Of a stretch of 64,000 bases of DNA, positions 18,294-29,069 are shown one piece after another. The position numbers and the translations under genes are program-made. The DNA comes from a virus (Duplodnaviria; Heunggongvirae; Uroviricota; Caudoviricetes), in the IMG/VR virus record IMGVR_UViG_3300032330_001609, positions 5,975 through 69,974 of that record. One strand, 5' to 3'. The first letter of the stretch is position 1. Every line of letters begins with the position of its first letter. Below the pieces are notes generated by a model. It was given only the letters and a program-made list of their open reading frames with translations. It did no database searches and was not told the origin of the DNA.

Positions 18294-20956
18294 TATTTTA
18301 TAAATGTTTTAACTTCTTTATCAATTAATGAATATCCATCCGCTTGAGTTGTGATTCGTTCTTTTAATATTCCCATATTTTTACCTGAGAAAATTATGTT
18401 AAAATAAGTGTCGGCACAATCCCACTTATGAGTTCTTAGTTTTTCAAACAAATATTCTCTTGTCTTTTTTGGGAACATAATACATTGTAACCCAATAATT
18501 TTATCAGTAATGAATAACAAATCTTGATTAGGTATTTCTCTCACTACGTTTGATTGAGGCCAACCAAAATCTAATGTCTTAACATCACCAAATGAAAAAT
18601 AGGAAATATCTTCATTGTTAATTATCTCACAAACTTTGGTGACTTTATTAACAAACTCATCAATCGGTACCTCAATAATACAATCACCCTCACAAACAAT
18701 TAAAAAATCCAATTGTGGGTCAAACTCAGATAAGATACCAATCTTAAATGATTCAAAACATCCATAGTGTGATGGTGTTAATGCGTATCCATAATCCTCA
18801 CTAGTTGGGTCAGTGTATTTTTCCATTCTCACATCAAATGGTCTAACACAATTATGACTAGGTGGTAATGATGTGTAAGGTTCATTCGTATGTAACACAT
18901 ATTTTATTCCATACTTCTCAACCTGTTGTACTGATTCTCTAGACAATCGTTCTCTCTCATCGTTAAGTGTTGTTTGTAAATGAACCAATTTAATGTTAAT
19001 AGGTTTTTTTAATCTAAAATAACCGTTCTTCTTAAATTCTTGAATGTTGGATGGGTTTAATGAATATTTTTCACTGGCATAAATCTCACCCTGTTCATAG
19101 AAGTTGATGTTAATAACTACTTCTTGACCTCTATACTCAAATTCTTGTATAAATTCTTTTTGTTCTTTAATGTTAAATTTTTTCTGATATGAAGTATGAT
19201 TCATAATGTGAATCTCAACTTCTCTATCATCATTATTGTAACTAAAAAAATACACCACCCACTTATTTGGGTCCGGTGTTTGTAGGATTGAATAGTATTC
19301 TGATAATGATTGAACCCCTCTACCTGAATTAACTAACAATGTTTCTTGAGGATTTGAAAATATTTCTAAGGTTGGTTCCGGATATAATTTATTATACATA
19401 AAATCTTCCAAGAAATTATGACAATTCAATAATTTACATTCACTACGATAATCATCGGTTGTTTTAATATAACCAAACTTATCCAAGAAGAAATCTGTTC
19501 TAAATCCCATTGAGGTTGTTTCAATACCCAATCCTAAATCTGTCTTTAAGGTACAAAGATATCCATCTCTATTTGATAATCTATTAAACAAATGATTAAC
19601 ATTGTTTGTATCGTTAAGATTTAAGATTACATCGTAGGTGATATAGAATACTTTATTAAAACCAAGATTCTTTGCCTCACTAAACCCATTTATCAAATTG
19701 GTTAATACCGGAAAAGATTGATTCAAATCTTTTAACCCGTTTAGATTTATCTCAACATCATATGACGCTTGGTGATTATAAAACGTAGTATAATAAGAAT
19801 GTTCCGTCTTTGGGTTGTTCTCATCATACACATAGTAATCAACATTCTTACGTATTTCATCTGATGCCGGGTAATGTGTAACCAACATTATCTTTCTACC
19901 CAAATGTTTTACTGACTCAATACATTCTAAGGTTAATTGTTCTCTTGTTTTTGTATTAGGATATGTTCCAATAATGATTAACTCATCATCAGTGCTTTCA
20001 ACCGGAGGGTTTAATAGTTCCACTAATTTATTGGTATCAGTTTCAATATCTCCGGTTAAGAAAGATATGTTGTCGTAATTGTCGTACTTACCACAATATA
20101 CGTCCAAATTATACATCATCATTGGAATTTGATACTCCAACGCCTCTTTCAAGGCAATCGGGTTTAATTCCTTGTTATTTCTATCTCCTTTGGATGGGAA
20201 TAAAAATAAATCACAAGCTTCAATAAATGTTGACACATCACCACGTTCACCCCAAATAATACAGTTGTCCGTTTTTTCATTCAATAACGGTTCCCAATAA
20301 CTTTTGAAGTTATCCGCCTGATTACCCAAGAAATGGAATTTAATTTTATGGTCTTTTAATCTTTTTGCAATCTCAAAAATATATCCCTGATTCTTTCTTT
20401 GGGTGAACAACCCAACATTTAATACGTGTTTGTAAGATGGGTCAAATTCTAATTTTTGTTGTGAACCACCTTTGTCTTTATATTTTTGGTCAACGGGATA
20501 TTCAACAATATCATATGGAATATCATAAATCGAATATCTAAACGCATTAAACGCACTTACGAAAATAAATTTATCCGGGAACCATCGTTTAGAGGTTACA
20601 GGGAAACTAGAATCGTGAGTAGTCTCAAATATCGTATACGACCTATTCTCATCATACAATGTTTTGGTGATAAGGTCATCCATAAAAAACTCAGGGAATT
20701 CTTCCATACTAAGAATGTCCGGATTAAATTCTCTTACTATATCTAATAAGTCAAATTTGTTATCCCCCAACGAATGGAAGTTATCTCCCAATAGTTCTTG
20801 TATCTGATTTCTTTGAACCACATAATTCCAAGCAACAAAGTTATACTCAACACATTTTATAATGTATTCGTTTTTAATTAGTTTGATTTTGTTTAAGGTT
20901 ACCTGAGGTGCCCCACCGGTACTTAAATGGGGGGTTATAATTAAAACTTTTTTCAT
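18293..20956 (-). CDS. Multidomain glycosyltransferase: GT4 + GT-A-like + GT25-like
   Basis: HLSTGGAPQ, NVGLFTQRKNQ, DLFLFPS...ELNPIALKEA (GT4); HYGCFES...LIVCEGD (GT25-like). Confidence 0.8.
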   Translation of the reverse strand: MKKVLIITPHLSTGGAPQVTLNKIKLIKNEYIIKCVEYNFVAWNYVVQRNQIQELLGDNFHSLGDNKFDLLDIVREFNPDILSMEEFPEFFMDDLITKTLYDENRSYTIFETTHDSSFPVTSKRWFPDKFIFVSAFNAFRYSIYDIPYDIVEYPVDQKYKDKGGSQQKLEFDPSYKHVLNVGLFTQRKNQGYIFEIAKRLKDHKIKFHFLGNQADNFKSYWEPLLNEKTDNCIIWGERGDVSTFIEACDLFLFPSKGDRNNKELNPIALKEALEYQIPMMMYNLDVYCGKYDNYDNISFLTGDIETDTNKLVELLNPPVESTDDELIIIGTYPNTKTREQLTLECIESVKHLGRKIMLVTHYPASDEIRKNVDYYVYDENNPKTEHSYYTTFYNHQASYDVEINLNGLKDLNQSFPVLTNLINGFSEAKNLGFNKVFYITYDVILNLNDTNNVNHLFNRLSNRDGYLCTLKTDLGLGIETTSMGFRTDFFLDKFGYIKTTDDYRSECKLLNCHNFLEDFMYNKLYPEPTLEIFSNPQETLLVNSGRGVQSLSEYYSILQTPDPNKWVVYFFSYNNDDREVEIHIMNHTSYQKKFNIKEQKEFIQEFEYRGQEVVININFYEQGEIYASEKYSLNPSNIQEFKKNGYFRLKKPINIKLVHLQTTLNDERERLSRESVQQVEKYGIKYVLHTNEPYTSLPPSHNCVRPFDVRMEKYTDPTSEDYGYALTPSHYGCFESFKIGILSEFDPQLDFLIVCEGDCIIEVPIDEFVNKVTKVCEIINNEDISYFSFGDVKTLDFGWPQSNVVREIPNQDLLFITDKIIGLQCIMFPKKTREYLFEKLRTHKWDCADTYFNIIFSGKNMGILKERITTQADGYSLIDKEVKTFIK

Positions 20957-21033
20957 ACCTTAAAAATAATTTATTGTGGAATTAAGTCAACAAAACTATT
21001 TATGGAAAAAGATTTCTATTTATATTTATAAGG

Positions 21034-23010
21034 ATGCAAACCATTGATATTACAAGCTTATCGGGACACTCACCATATGATATATCCATATGTGATATTT
21101 CGTACTCAAATTGTTCTGTTGTTGCAACCGGAGTTGTTTCAGCTCCCGTTACTGTAACAGTACCAACCTTATTACAATCGGCAACACAATTAATTCTTTC
21201 TATAACAGATTCTATTGGATGTGAGTATTTTGAAGTTCTTAACTGTGTTACACCAACACCGACACCTACAATCACCACAACACCAACGGTAACACCAACA
21301 AATATTTCTTGTAGTTGTATTACGTTTGTTAATGATAATCCGGCTAGTTATGGTTACGGATATACCGATTGTGATGGGTTTACTTATACATATAAATTAG
21401 GACCTTATTCAACGGCATATGTTTGTGGTAAAAACCCTAATGTTTTTGGTAGTCCAATAACATATTCTATTGGTTCACCTTGTGTTGATAATACCTGCCC
21501 ATTTCCTAGTCAAACACCTTCCGGAACTCCAACACCAACACCTACATTACCACCAATTGTTGGTTATTTTCAAGATTGTTGTGACCCATCTAATCAATTT
21601 ATAATTGCTGATATACCATTTTCATATTCACCATTATCCGGAATTTATTTTATTAATGTTAAAGAGTTTGTTGGGTGTGCAACCTCAGGAGGTAGTTTTA
21701 GTTCTTCAAATGTTTATTCATATAATTCTATGAGTTCTTCTTTTGCAAGTTGTGATAATTGTTTTAAGTCTAACCCATTTTATGTTTGTGTAACTCCAAC
21801 GCCAACTGTAACACCTACTTTAACTCCAACACCAACTGTAACACCTACTTTAACTCCAACACTTACACCGACAGTAACACCTACTTGTGCACCACAAATG
21901 ATATATAATGGTGAAAAATTTACAAGTTTAATAACCCAGAATGGAGCGTCTTTCAAACCGGATGGGACTATATTATATGTTACGGGTCATAATAATTCAC
22001 CTAACGATAGTGTTTGTGCATATTCATTATCAACACCTTGGGATGTTTCAACAATTAGTCCACCAACAACGATAGCTTGTTCAATAGCATCTCCGGTTGC
22101 TTCACCGGTAAGTACTATTTACGGTAATTATTTTTCACCTGATGGTACTAAATTATTTTTAGCCAATGCAGGTTCAAATTGTATTTTAAGATATACTTTA
22201 TCAACACCTTGGGATGTTTCAACAACTAGTTATTCTCCGGGAGATTTATTTAGTGGTGGTACTTTAACATCCCCAACTTATTTAGATTTTAGTCCGGATG
22301 GTTTATATATGTTTGTTGCTCTTGGTTCCGGTCTTCTAAAAAGATATACTTTAACAACTCCTTGGGTTATATCTTCCGGTGTTGTTGAAACTCAATCAGT
22401 GACTTACGGAGGAAATTATGATTTTTCATTTCAAAATAATGGTTATTATTTATTTTCGTTATTAAGTTCAGGAGGTTTAGTTATCAAGAAACAAACATTA
22501 TCAACGGCATATGACTTAACATCAATTACTTTAACAGAAACTAAAAATATTAGCAGTTTTATTTCGGGAGGTAATTTTTATTCGTTAAATTTTAAGGATG
22601 GGTATAAAGGATTTATTGGGGCATATTTCTCTAGTATTTACGCATTTGAATTAACTTGTGAATACAATATTAATGGAACACTAATATTACCTACTCCAAC
22701 CCCAACACCAACTAATACCGTGACACCAACTAATACGGTAACACCAACTAAAACAATAACCCCAACCCCAACAAATACACCCGCTGGATTAGTTTTAGAG
22801 TTATATGGTTGTTGTGATTTAACAACTCAATATGTTTCATATAACCCATTATTTACATCACTACCTGCAGTATTTACCGCAACAAATGGGTTACCTTATG
22901 AAGTGGTAACCGGTGTTGCAATTAGTGGTGTTCCAACAGTTACTATTGTTGATATTACAAATTATATTGATTGTACTAGTTGGTTAACGATTTTTGGTGG
23001 TTGTCCGTAA
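21034..23010 (+). CDS. Thr-Pro repeat, Cys-rich putative virion protein with beta-propeller
   Basis: Repeated F(S/K)PDG and Y.LSTPWDVST blades; TP linkers; CC...CxxC modules. Confidence 0.75.
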   Translation: MQTIDITSLSGHSPYDISICDISYSNCSVVATGVVSAPVTVTVPTLLQSATQLILSITDSIGCEYFEVLNCVTPTPTPTITTTPTVTPTNISCSCITFVNDNPASYGYGYTDCDGFTYTYKLGPYSTAYVCGKNPNVFGSPITYSIGSPCVDNTCPFPSQTPSGTPTPTPTLPPIVGYFQDCCDPSNQFIIADIPFSYSPLSGIYFINVKEFVGCATSGGSFSSSNVYSYNSMSSSFASCDNCFKSNPFYVCVTPTPTVTPTLTPTPTVTPTLTPTLTPTVTPTCAPQMIYNGEKFTSLITQNGASFKPDGTILYVTGHNNSPNDSVCAYSLSTPWDVSTISPPTTIACSIASPVASPVSTIYGNYFSPDGTKLFLANAGSNCILRYTLSTPWDVSTTSYSPGDLFSGGTLTSPTYLDFSPDGLYMFVALGSGLLKRYTLTTPWVISSGVVETQSVTYGGNYDFSFQNNGYYLFSLLSSGGLVIKKQTLSTAYDLTSITLTETKNISSFISGGNFYSLNFKDGYKGFIGAYFSSIYAFELTCEYNINGTLILPTPTPTPTNTVTPTNTVTPTKTITPTPTNTPAGLVLELYGCCDLTTQYVSYNPLFTSLPAVFTATNGLPYEVVTGVAISGVPTVTIVDITNYIDCTSWLTIFGGCP

Positions 23011-23075
23011 TAATTAAATAATTTTTATTTATATTTTTCTCTGTATTATTATCTTTTGTGTAAAATAAGAGATAT

Positions 23076-24323
23076 ATGAAGATATTTGTACAGATAGCAT
23101 CCTATCGTGACCCCCAACTTATTCCAACGATTAAATCAATGTTGGAAAACGCAAAAAAACCTAAAAACTTAGTAATTGGTATTTGTCGTCAGTATCACCC
23201 GGAAGATGGGTTTGATGACTTATCTGAATATGCTAACGATAAACGATTCAGAGTAGTTGATGTTTTATATTCAGATGCTAAAGGTGTTTGTTGGGCGAGA
23301 AATCAAGTACAACAATTATATGGTGGTGAGGAGTATACCCTTCAAATTGATTCTCATATGAGATTTGAAAAAGATTGGGATGATACTTTAATCAAAATGA
23401 TTAAACAACTTCAAAAGAAAGGTTTTGAAAAACCATTATTAACAGGATATGTATCTTCCTTTGACCCTGATAATGACCCGGCGATGAGAGTTAGAGAACC
23501 TTGGAGAATGTCTTTTGACAGATTTATTCCTGAAGGTGCCGTATTCTTCTTACCTGAAACTATTCCGGGATGGCAACAAATGACTGAACCGGTTACCGCA
23601 AGATTCTATTCTGCACACTTTGCATTTACATTAGGTAAATTTAGTGTTGAGGTTCAACACGACCCTGAGTTCTATTTCCACGGAGAAGAAATCTCAATTG
23701 CTGTTAGAGCGTTTACTCACGGATATGATTTATTCCATCCACATAAAGTTGTTATTTGGCACGAATATACTCGTAAGGGTAGAACCAAACAATGGGATGA
23801 TGATAAGGATTGGGTAAACAAAAATAACTTATCTCACAAAAAGAATAGACAATTATTCGGTATGGATGGAGAAGAAGTTACTATGGATTTTAGTAAATAC
23901 GGATTCGGTACCGAAAGAACTCTTAAAGACTATGAAATCTACTCAGGTCTTAAATTTTCAAATAGAGCGGTACAACAATATACATTAGACAAACACTATC
24001 CACCAAACCCTACCATTTATAATACTGAGGAAGAATGGTTAGCAAGTTTTGCAAGTATCTTCAAACATTGTATTGATATTTCATTCCATCAAGTTCCGGA
24101 ACCTGATTATGACTTTTGGGTTGTTGCTTTCCACGATGAAAATGATAATACATTATTCAGAAAAGATGCCGACATAAATGAGATTAATATGATGAAGAGA
24201 GACCCGGATGGGTATTGTAAAGTTTGGAGAGAATTCCAAACGGTACATAAACCAAAATATTGGGTTGTTTGGCCTCACAGTACATCAAAAGATTGGTGTG
24301 AAAGAATAACGGGTAATTTATAA
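23076..24323 (+). CDS. GT60-family polypeptide alpha-N-acetylglucosaminyltransferase (Gnt1/OGNT-like)
   Basis: IFVQIASYRDP, KGVCWAR, LQIDSHMRF...WD, FHGEEI...RAFTHGYD, V.WHEY.R. Confidence 0.85.
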   Translation: MKIFVQIASYRDPQLIPTIKSMLENAKKPKNLVIGICRQYHPEDGFDDLSEYANDKRFRVVDVLYSDAKGVCWARNQVQQLYGGEEYTLQIDSHMRFEKDWDDTLIKMIKQLQKKGFEKPLLTGYVSSFDPDNDPAMRVREPWRMSFDRFIPEGAVFFLPETIPGWQQMTEPVTARFYSAHFAFTLGKFSVEVQHDPEFYFHGEEISIAVRAFTHGYDLFHPHKVVIWHEYTRKGRTKQWDDDKDWVNKNNLSHKKNRQLFGMDGEEVTMDFSKYGFGTERTLKDYEIYSGLKFSNRAVQQYTLDKHYPPNPTIYNTEEEWLASFASIFKHCIDISFHQVPEPDYDFWVVAFHDENDNTLFRKDADINEINMMKRDPDGYCKVWREFQTVHKPKYWVVWPHSTSKDWCERITGNL

Positions 24324-24326
24324 GAT

Positions 24327-25322
24327 TTGAAAAAAAATATTAAAATTTCAAGAGCGGGATTTCCGGGTGTTGGTAATTTTTCTTGGATGAATTATTTAAC
24401 TAAAATTTTATCTAAAAAATATAATGTAGTTATTGATAGTAAAAATCCGGATTTAATACTATATTCAAATTTACACTATAACTCAAATCAACTTGACTAT
24501 TATACTAATGATTTAACCAAAGGTGTTGATGATTATGATAATAATGTTATAAAAATATTTATTTCGGGTGAGGCAAACCCTGGTTACTTATCACACATTA
24601 ATAAGGGTGAAAATTATTACGCATTAGGGTATGAACATATTGACCATCCAAGATATTTAAGATTCCCTACTTATGTTTTAGACGCGTTTGTGTTACATAA
24701 TGAGGGGGAAATGTTTGATGAACCGTTTGATTGGTTAATTGATAGGTCAAAAATTGGTGTATCAATTGAAGATAAATTACATTTTTGTAGTGTTGTCCAA
24801 GCTAGTGAGAATAATGATAGAGGTAAAATGTTTGATTTAATATCCTCTAAATACTATATTAAGTCATCAGGACCTTGGAGACCTACAATCCAAAATAACG
24901 AGGAATTAAATAGACATAAATATCATAACTACAGCAACCCTGATTATATGGGTAAGATAGATGGATTAACATATAAAGATAAAATTAATTTTTTCAAAAA
25001 TTGTTATTTTAATTTATCTTTTCAATATACAAACACAAATTATTTAACTCAAGAAAAAATAATACATTCTTTCGCGTCAAATTCAATCCCAATTTTTTAT
25101 GGTAATAATAATATATTAGATGAAGGATTTAATCCGGACTCATTTATTAATGTTCATAACTATAAAACATTTGAGGAATGTTTTAATCACATTAATGAGA
25201 TTTATGAAAATAAAAACTTATTAAATTCATATTTAACCGCACCAATTTTTGTTGACAATAAATTACCAATATATTTTGAGGAAAGTTATATGTTAAATTT
25301 TTTAGAAAACATTTTGAAATAA
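24327..25322 (+). CDS. GT10 alpha-1,3-fucosyltransferase-like protein
   Basis: NPDLILYS, ISGEAN, YLRFP, FCSVV, YLTQEKI..SF....IPIFYG, FNPDSFIN; matches the Helicobacter FucT layout. TTG start. Confidence 0.75.
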   Translation: MKKNIKISRAGFPGVGNFSWMNYLTKILSKKYNVVIDSKNPDLILYSNLHYNSNQLDYYTNDLTKGVDDYDNNVIKIFISGEANPGYLSHINKGENYYALGYEHIDHPRYLRFPTYVLDAFVLHNEGEMFDEPFDWLIDRSKIGVSIEDKLHFCSVVQASENNDRGKMFDLISSKYYIKSSGPWRPTIQNNEELNRHKYHNYSNPDYMGKIDGLTYKDKINFFKNCYFNLSFQYTNTNYLTQEKIIHSFASNSIPIFYGNNNILDEGFNPDSFINVHNYKTFEECFNHINEIYENKNLLNSYLTAPIFVDNKLPIYFEESYMLNFLENILK

Positions 25323-25323
25323 T

Positions 25324-25998
25324 ATGAAGAAATTAATTTCATTTACACTATTTGGAGATAGTCCAAAATACAACATTGGTGCTATTAAAAATATTGACCA
25401 GTTTAATCAGATGTTACCTGATTGGGATGTTGTAATATATTATCATAAAAATAATATTAATAAAAATGTCTTAACGGATTTAGAAAATCGTAATGTTATT
25501 TTGGTAGATGTTTCAGAGTTTAATTTAACTAAAAAACCAATAACGGAGTATTCTTATTTTTGGAGATTTTTCGCGTTTTTTGAAAACAATAATTATGTTA
25601 TTTCTAGAGATTTAGATAGTAGACCATCAAACAGAGAAATAACTTATATTAATAATTGGGTTAATTCCGGTAAAGATTTTTTTATAATAAGAGACCATCC
25701 TTGGCATTCACCAATTCCTGCAGGATTATTAGGTATGAAAAATAACGGTGAAAAATTCAAATCACATTTAATTAATTATATTGATAATAATAATATTAAA
25801 TGGGGGAGTGACCAAGAAATTTTAGAAGATTTTTTTAGACTAATATCCAATGACAATATTTTTTATTGTGGATTTAACGATAATCTTAATTATATTAAAA
25901 GAGATGATGAAAATTTTTTCATTGGTATGCAATTAGATGAAAACGACGAATCAATTTCACCTGTTGCGGTTACTTTTTTAAAAGAAATGGGTTATTAA
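25324..25998 (+). CDS. Putative GT-A glycosyltransferase
   Basis: ISFTLFG...Y..GA..N, FWRF, SRDLDSR (DxD), IIRDHPWH, GSDQ. Confidence 0.6.
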   Translation: MKKLISFTLFGDSPKYNIGAIKNIDQFNQMLPDWDVVIYYHKNNINKNVLTDLENRNVILVDVSEFNLTKKPITEYSYFWRFFAFFENNNYVISRDLDSRPSNREITYINNWVNSGKDFFIIRDHPWHSPIPAGLLGMKNNGEKFKSHLINYIDNNNIKWGSDQEILEDFFRLISNDNIFYCGFNDNLNYIKRDDENFFIGMQLDENDESISPVAVTFLKEMGY

Positions 25999-26001
25999 GT
26001 T

Positions 26002-26715
26002 ATGTTAAAAAAATATATATATTGTACTATAGCCGTTAATCAAAGCTATATTGATTACGCTATTAAATTTGCTAATCAGTTATATGAGAAATCACCAAAT
26101 AGTAAAGTTTTAATTGTTTCAGATATTGATAATATTGATTTACCGAATGTTATTTATCATAAAATTCCTGAACATTATAAAACAAAATTGTTGATGGGTA
26201 ACATATTCAATTACAACCTAAAATTCTATCCAATATTAAAATCGTTAGAGGAAAATTATGAATATATTATTTTTAAGGATTGTGATTGGGAAATTTATGA
26301 CGGTTATTCTGATGAAAAATTAGATAATTTAATTAGTGTTTTTGAAGAATCTGGATACGATTGTTTTTTTGAAAGACCATATTCAATTAGTTCAAAATAT
26401 ACTGATAAAAATTGTATATTCAAACATAAGATTGACATATATAATCTTATGGAAACTGATAAATATGACAAAGGGGTTGTTCCAATAGAACAATTCTTTT
26501 TATTCAAAAACTCTCCAAAGTTAAAGATTTTTTGTGATAAATGGGCTGAGAGAGAAAAAATAATTTCAGACAGTAATATACACCCTTGGGCTGAAGGTTT
26601 AGAAATAGGGATGTCTTTAATTGATGCGGATATGACATATAATAATTCAAGATTTACAGAAATCTCCAATTGTTTCAAATTTGATTCATATGGGAATAAA
26701 CATACAAGATATTAA
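26002..26715 (+). CDS. Putative GT-A glycosyltransferase
   Basis: CTIAV...Y, FNYNLK, FKDCD (DxD); located inside the GT operon. Confidence 0.5.
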   Translation: MLKKYIYCTIAVNQSYIDYAIKFANQLYEKSPNSKVLIVSDIDNIDLPNVIYHKIPEHYKTKLLMGNIFNYNLKFYPILKSLEENYEYIIFKDCDWEIYDGYSDEKLDNLISVFEESGYDCFFERPYSISSKYTDKNCIFKHKIDIYNLMETDKYDKGVVPIEQFFLFKNSPKLKIFCDKWAEREKIISDSNIHPWAEGLEIGMSLIDADMTYNNSRFTEISNCFKFDSYGNKHTRY

Positions 26716-26732
26716 TAAAAATAAATAAAAAA

Positions 26733-27338
26733 ATGGAAGTTAGAGGACATTACGCTTATAAAAATTTAACAATATCACAACACACTTCAGTACCTGAAAG
26801 TTTTGAGATATTAATTAAAAAAATTAAACCTAAACAAGTATTGGAAATAGGAACTGCATTTGGTGGTTTAACATTACTAATAAGAGATTTGTTAGACAAC
26901 AATGGTTTAACAGAAACTAAATTAATAACATATGATGTTTACGACCCGGTATATCTTAGGGAAAATGTAAGTAAAGGTTCTAACATTGATATTAGAGTCA
27001 AAAATGTTTTTAATCATCAGTATAACGAATTAATCAATAAGGATGAAATTTCTGAAATTATCCAATCAAATGGTGTGACATTAGTATTATGTGACGGTGG
27101 TAGTAAAAAGAATGAATTTAGAATTTTATCTGATTACTTAAAACCCGGTGATGTCATAATGGCTCACGATTATGCGCCTAATGAAACTTATTTTCAAGAA
27201 CATATTAATAATAAAATTTGGAATTGGTTGGAAATACAGGATAGTGATATTAATGAATCTTGTGTTAAGAATAATTTAATACCATATATGGAAGACGAAT
27301 TTAGACAAGTTGTTTGGGTTTGTAAAATTAAAGAATAA
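26733..27338 (+). CDS. CmcI/Methyltransf_24-like SAM methyltransferase (sugar O-methyltransferase-like)
   Basis: VLEIGTAFGG, ITYD, LCDGG, LKPGDVIMAHD. Confidence 0.8.
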   Translation: MEVRGHYAYKNLTISQHTSVPESFEILIKKIKPKQVLEIGTAFGGLTLLIRDLLDNNGLTETKLITYDVYDPVYLRENVSKGSNIDIRVKNVFNHQYNELINKDEISEIIQSNGVTLVLCDGGSKKNEFRILSDYLKPGDVIMAHDYAPNETYFQEHINNKIWNWLEIQDSDINESCVKNNLIPYMEDEFRQVVWVCKIKE

Positions 27339-27347
27339 ATTACTATT

Positions 27348-29033
27348 ATGAATAAGGACATTACTATTGTTACCGGACTTTGGGATTTAGGTAGAGGAAA
27401 ATTAGATTCTTGGGCTAAAAGAGATTTTAATCATTATAAAGAACGTTTTTTTGAAATGTTAGAGGCAGACGCTCAGATGTGTATTTGGATACCATCAGAA
27501 TTAAAGGTGGATGTGGAAAGAATACGTGGTAATAAACCAACAAGAATTTTTATCAAAGAAGTTTCTGATTTTGAAACTTGGAATCCTTTTTTTGATAAAA
27601 TACAGGAAATTAGAAAAAATGAAAATTGGTTATCACAAGCGGGATGGTTAAGAGAGTCACCTCAAGCAACTTTAGAATCATATAACGCAATGATGTTTAC
27701 TAAAATGTTTATGTTAAATGATTCCGCAATAACCAATCCATTCAATAGTAAATATTTTTATTGGATTGACGGGGGATTAACAAATACGGTTAATAAAGGA
27801 TATTTTCAAAAAGATTTAGTTTTAGATAATTTAGGTAATTTTATGTCTCAAAAAGATATAAAATACGTTCATTTGGCATATCCATATGAAGGTAATACTG
27901 AAATACACGGATTTGAAAGAACTGCGATGGCAAAATATTGTAATACTGATTATGTTAGATATGTTTGTCGTGGAGGATTTTTTGGTGGTGATAAAGATGT
28001 TATTCATCAACTTAATACGTTATACTACTCTATTATGGAGAATACATTAGGAAGTGGTTATATGGGTGCGGATGAATGTTTTTTTACAATTTTAACACAT
28101 ACTTATCCAAATTTAATTTATAAGTATGATATTGAAGGTAATGGTCTTGTGTGGCCGTTTTTTGAAGAACTTAAAAAGTATGATAAAGAATTTATTAAAA
28201 TAAATAAAGTATCTAAAATAAATGTTGATAATGTTGGTATTTACGTAATAACATTTAATTCCCCAAAACAATTTGAGGTGTTAATTCAATCAATGTTGGA
28301 TTATGATAAAGATTTTATTAATAAACCAAAGAAATTTTTATTAGATAACTCAACGGATTTATCGACAACCCCAAGATATGTTGAATTATGTGAACAATAT
28401 GGGTTTGAACATATTAAAAAAGATAATATTGGAATCGTTGGTGGTAGAGTATTTGTTGCGGAACATTTTAATGAAACAGATTTAGATTGTTATTTTTGGT
28501 TTGAAGATGATATGGCATTTTATTCTAAAAAAGGAGAAGTCTGTAGAAATGGTTTTAATAGAGTTGTTGATAATCTTTATCAAAAATCATTAGAAATTGT
28601 TAAACAAGAAAATTTTGACTTCTTAAAATTAAATTATTCAGAATTTTTTGGGGATAATTCTATACAATGGTCTTGGTATAATGTCCCTCAATCATTTAGA
28701 GAAACACATTGGCCTAACAATAAAAAATTACCGGTACAAGGTTTAGACCCAAATGCTCCGGCAACTAAATTTACATCAATAAAAACTTATAAAGGTTTAT
28801 CTTATATTACCGGAGAAATTTACTTATGTAATTGGCCAATCATATTAACAAGAGAGGGTAACTATAAATGTTATTTAGAAACTAAATGGGCTCATCCATT
28901 TGAACAAACTCTTATGTCTCATTGTTATCAAGAAACTGTTAAAGGAAATATTAATCCGGGGTTATTGTTATTGACACCAACTGAACATAATAGATTTGAT
29001 TTTTATGATGGTAATTTAAGAAAAGAAAGTTAA
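27348..29033 (+). CDS. HtrL/YibB (WlaTC)-family glycosyltransferase fused to a GT2-like domain
   Basis: ITIVTGLWDLGR...HY.ERF, NPFNSKYFYWIDGG, GGFFGG; second domain VITFNS...LLDNS...WFEDD. Confidence 0.75.
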   Translation: MNKDITIVTGLWDLGRGKLDSWAKRDFNHYKERFFEMLEADAQMCIWIPSELKVDVERIRGNKPTRIFIKEVSDFETWNPFFDKIQEIRKNENWLSQAGWLRESPQATLESYNAMMFTKMFMLNDSAITNPFNSKYFYWIDGGLTNTVNKGYFQKDLVLDNLGNFMSQKDIKYVHLAYPYEGNTEIHGFERTAMAKYCNTDYVRYVCRGGFFGGDKDVIHQLNTLYYSIMENTLGSGYMGADECFFTILTHTYPNLIYKYDIEGNGLVWPFFEELKKYDKEFIKINKVSKINVDNVGIYVITFNSPKQFEVLIQSMLDYDKDFINKPKKFLLDNSTDLSTTPRYVELCEQYGFEHIKKDNIGIVGGRVFVAEHFNETDLDCYFWFEDDMAFYSKKGEVCRNGFNRVVDNLYQKSLEIVKQENFDFLKLNYSEFFGDNSIQWSWYNVPQSFRETHWPNNKKLPVQGLDPNAPATKFTSIKTYKGLSYITGEIYLCNWPIILTREGNYKCYLETKWAHPFEQTLMSHCYQETVKGNINPGLLLLTPTEHNRFDFYDGNLRKES

Positions 29034-29069
29034 TTTCATATATTAAAGTATTTATAATAAAAACTTTAG

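Noticed and set aside
20963-20990. Sigma70-like promoter TTGACT-N16-TATTTT for the minus-strand GT operon
   Set aside because: Weak -10 and short spacer in AT-rich DNA; not enough support.
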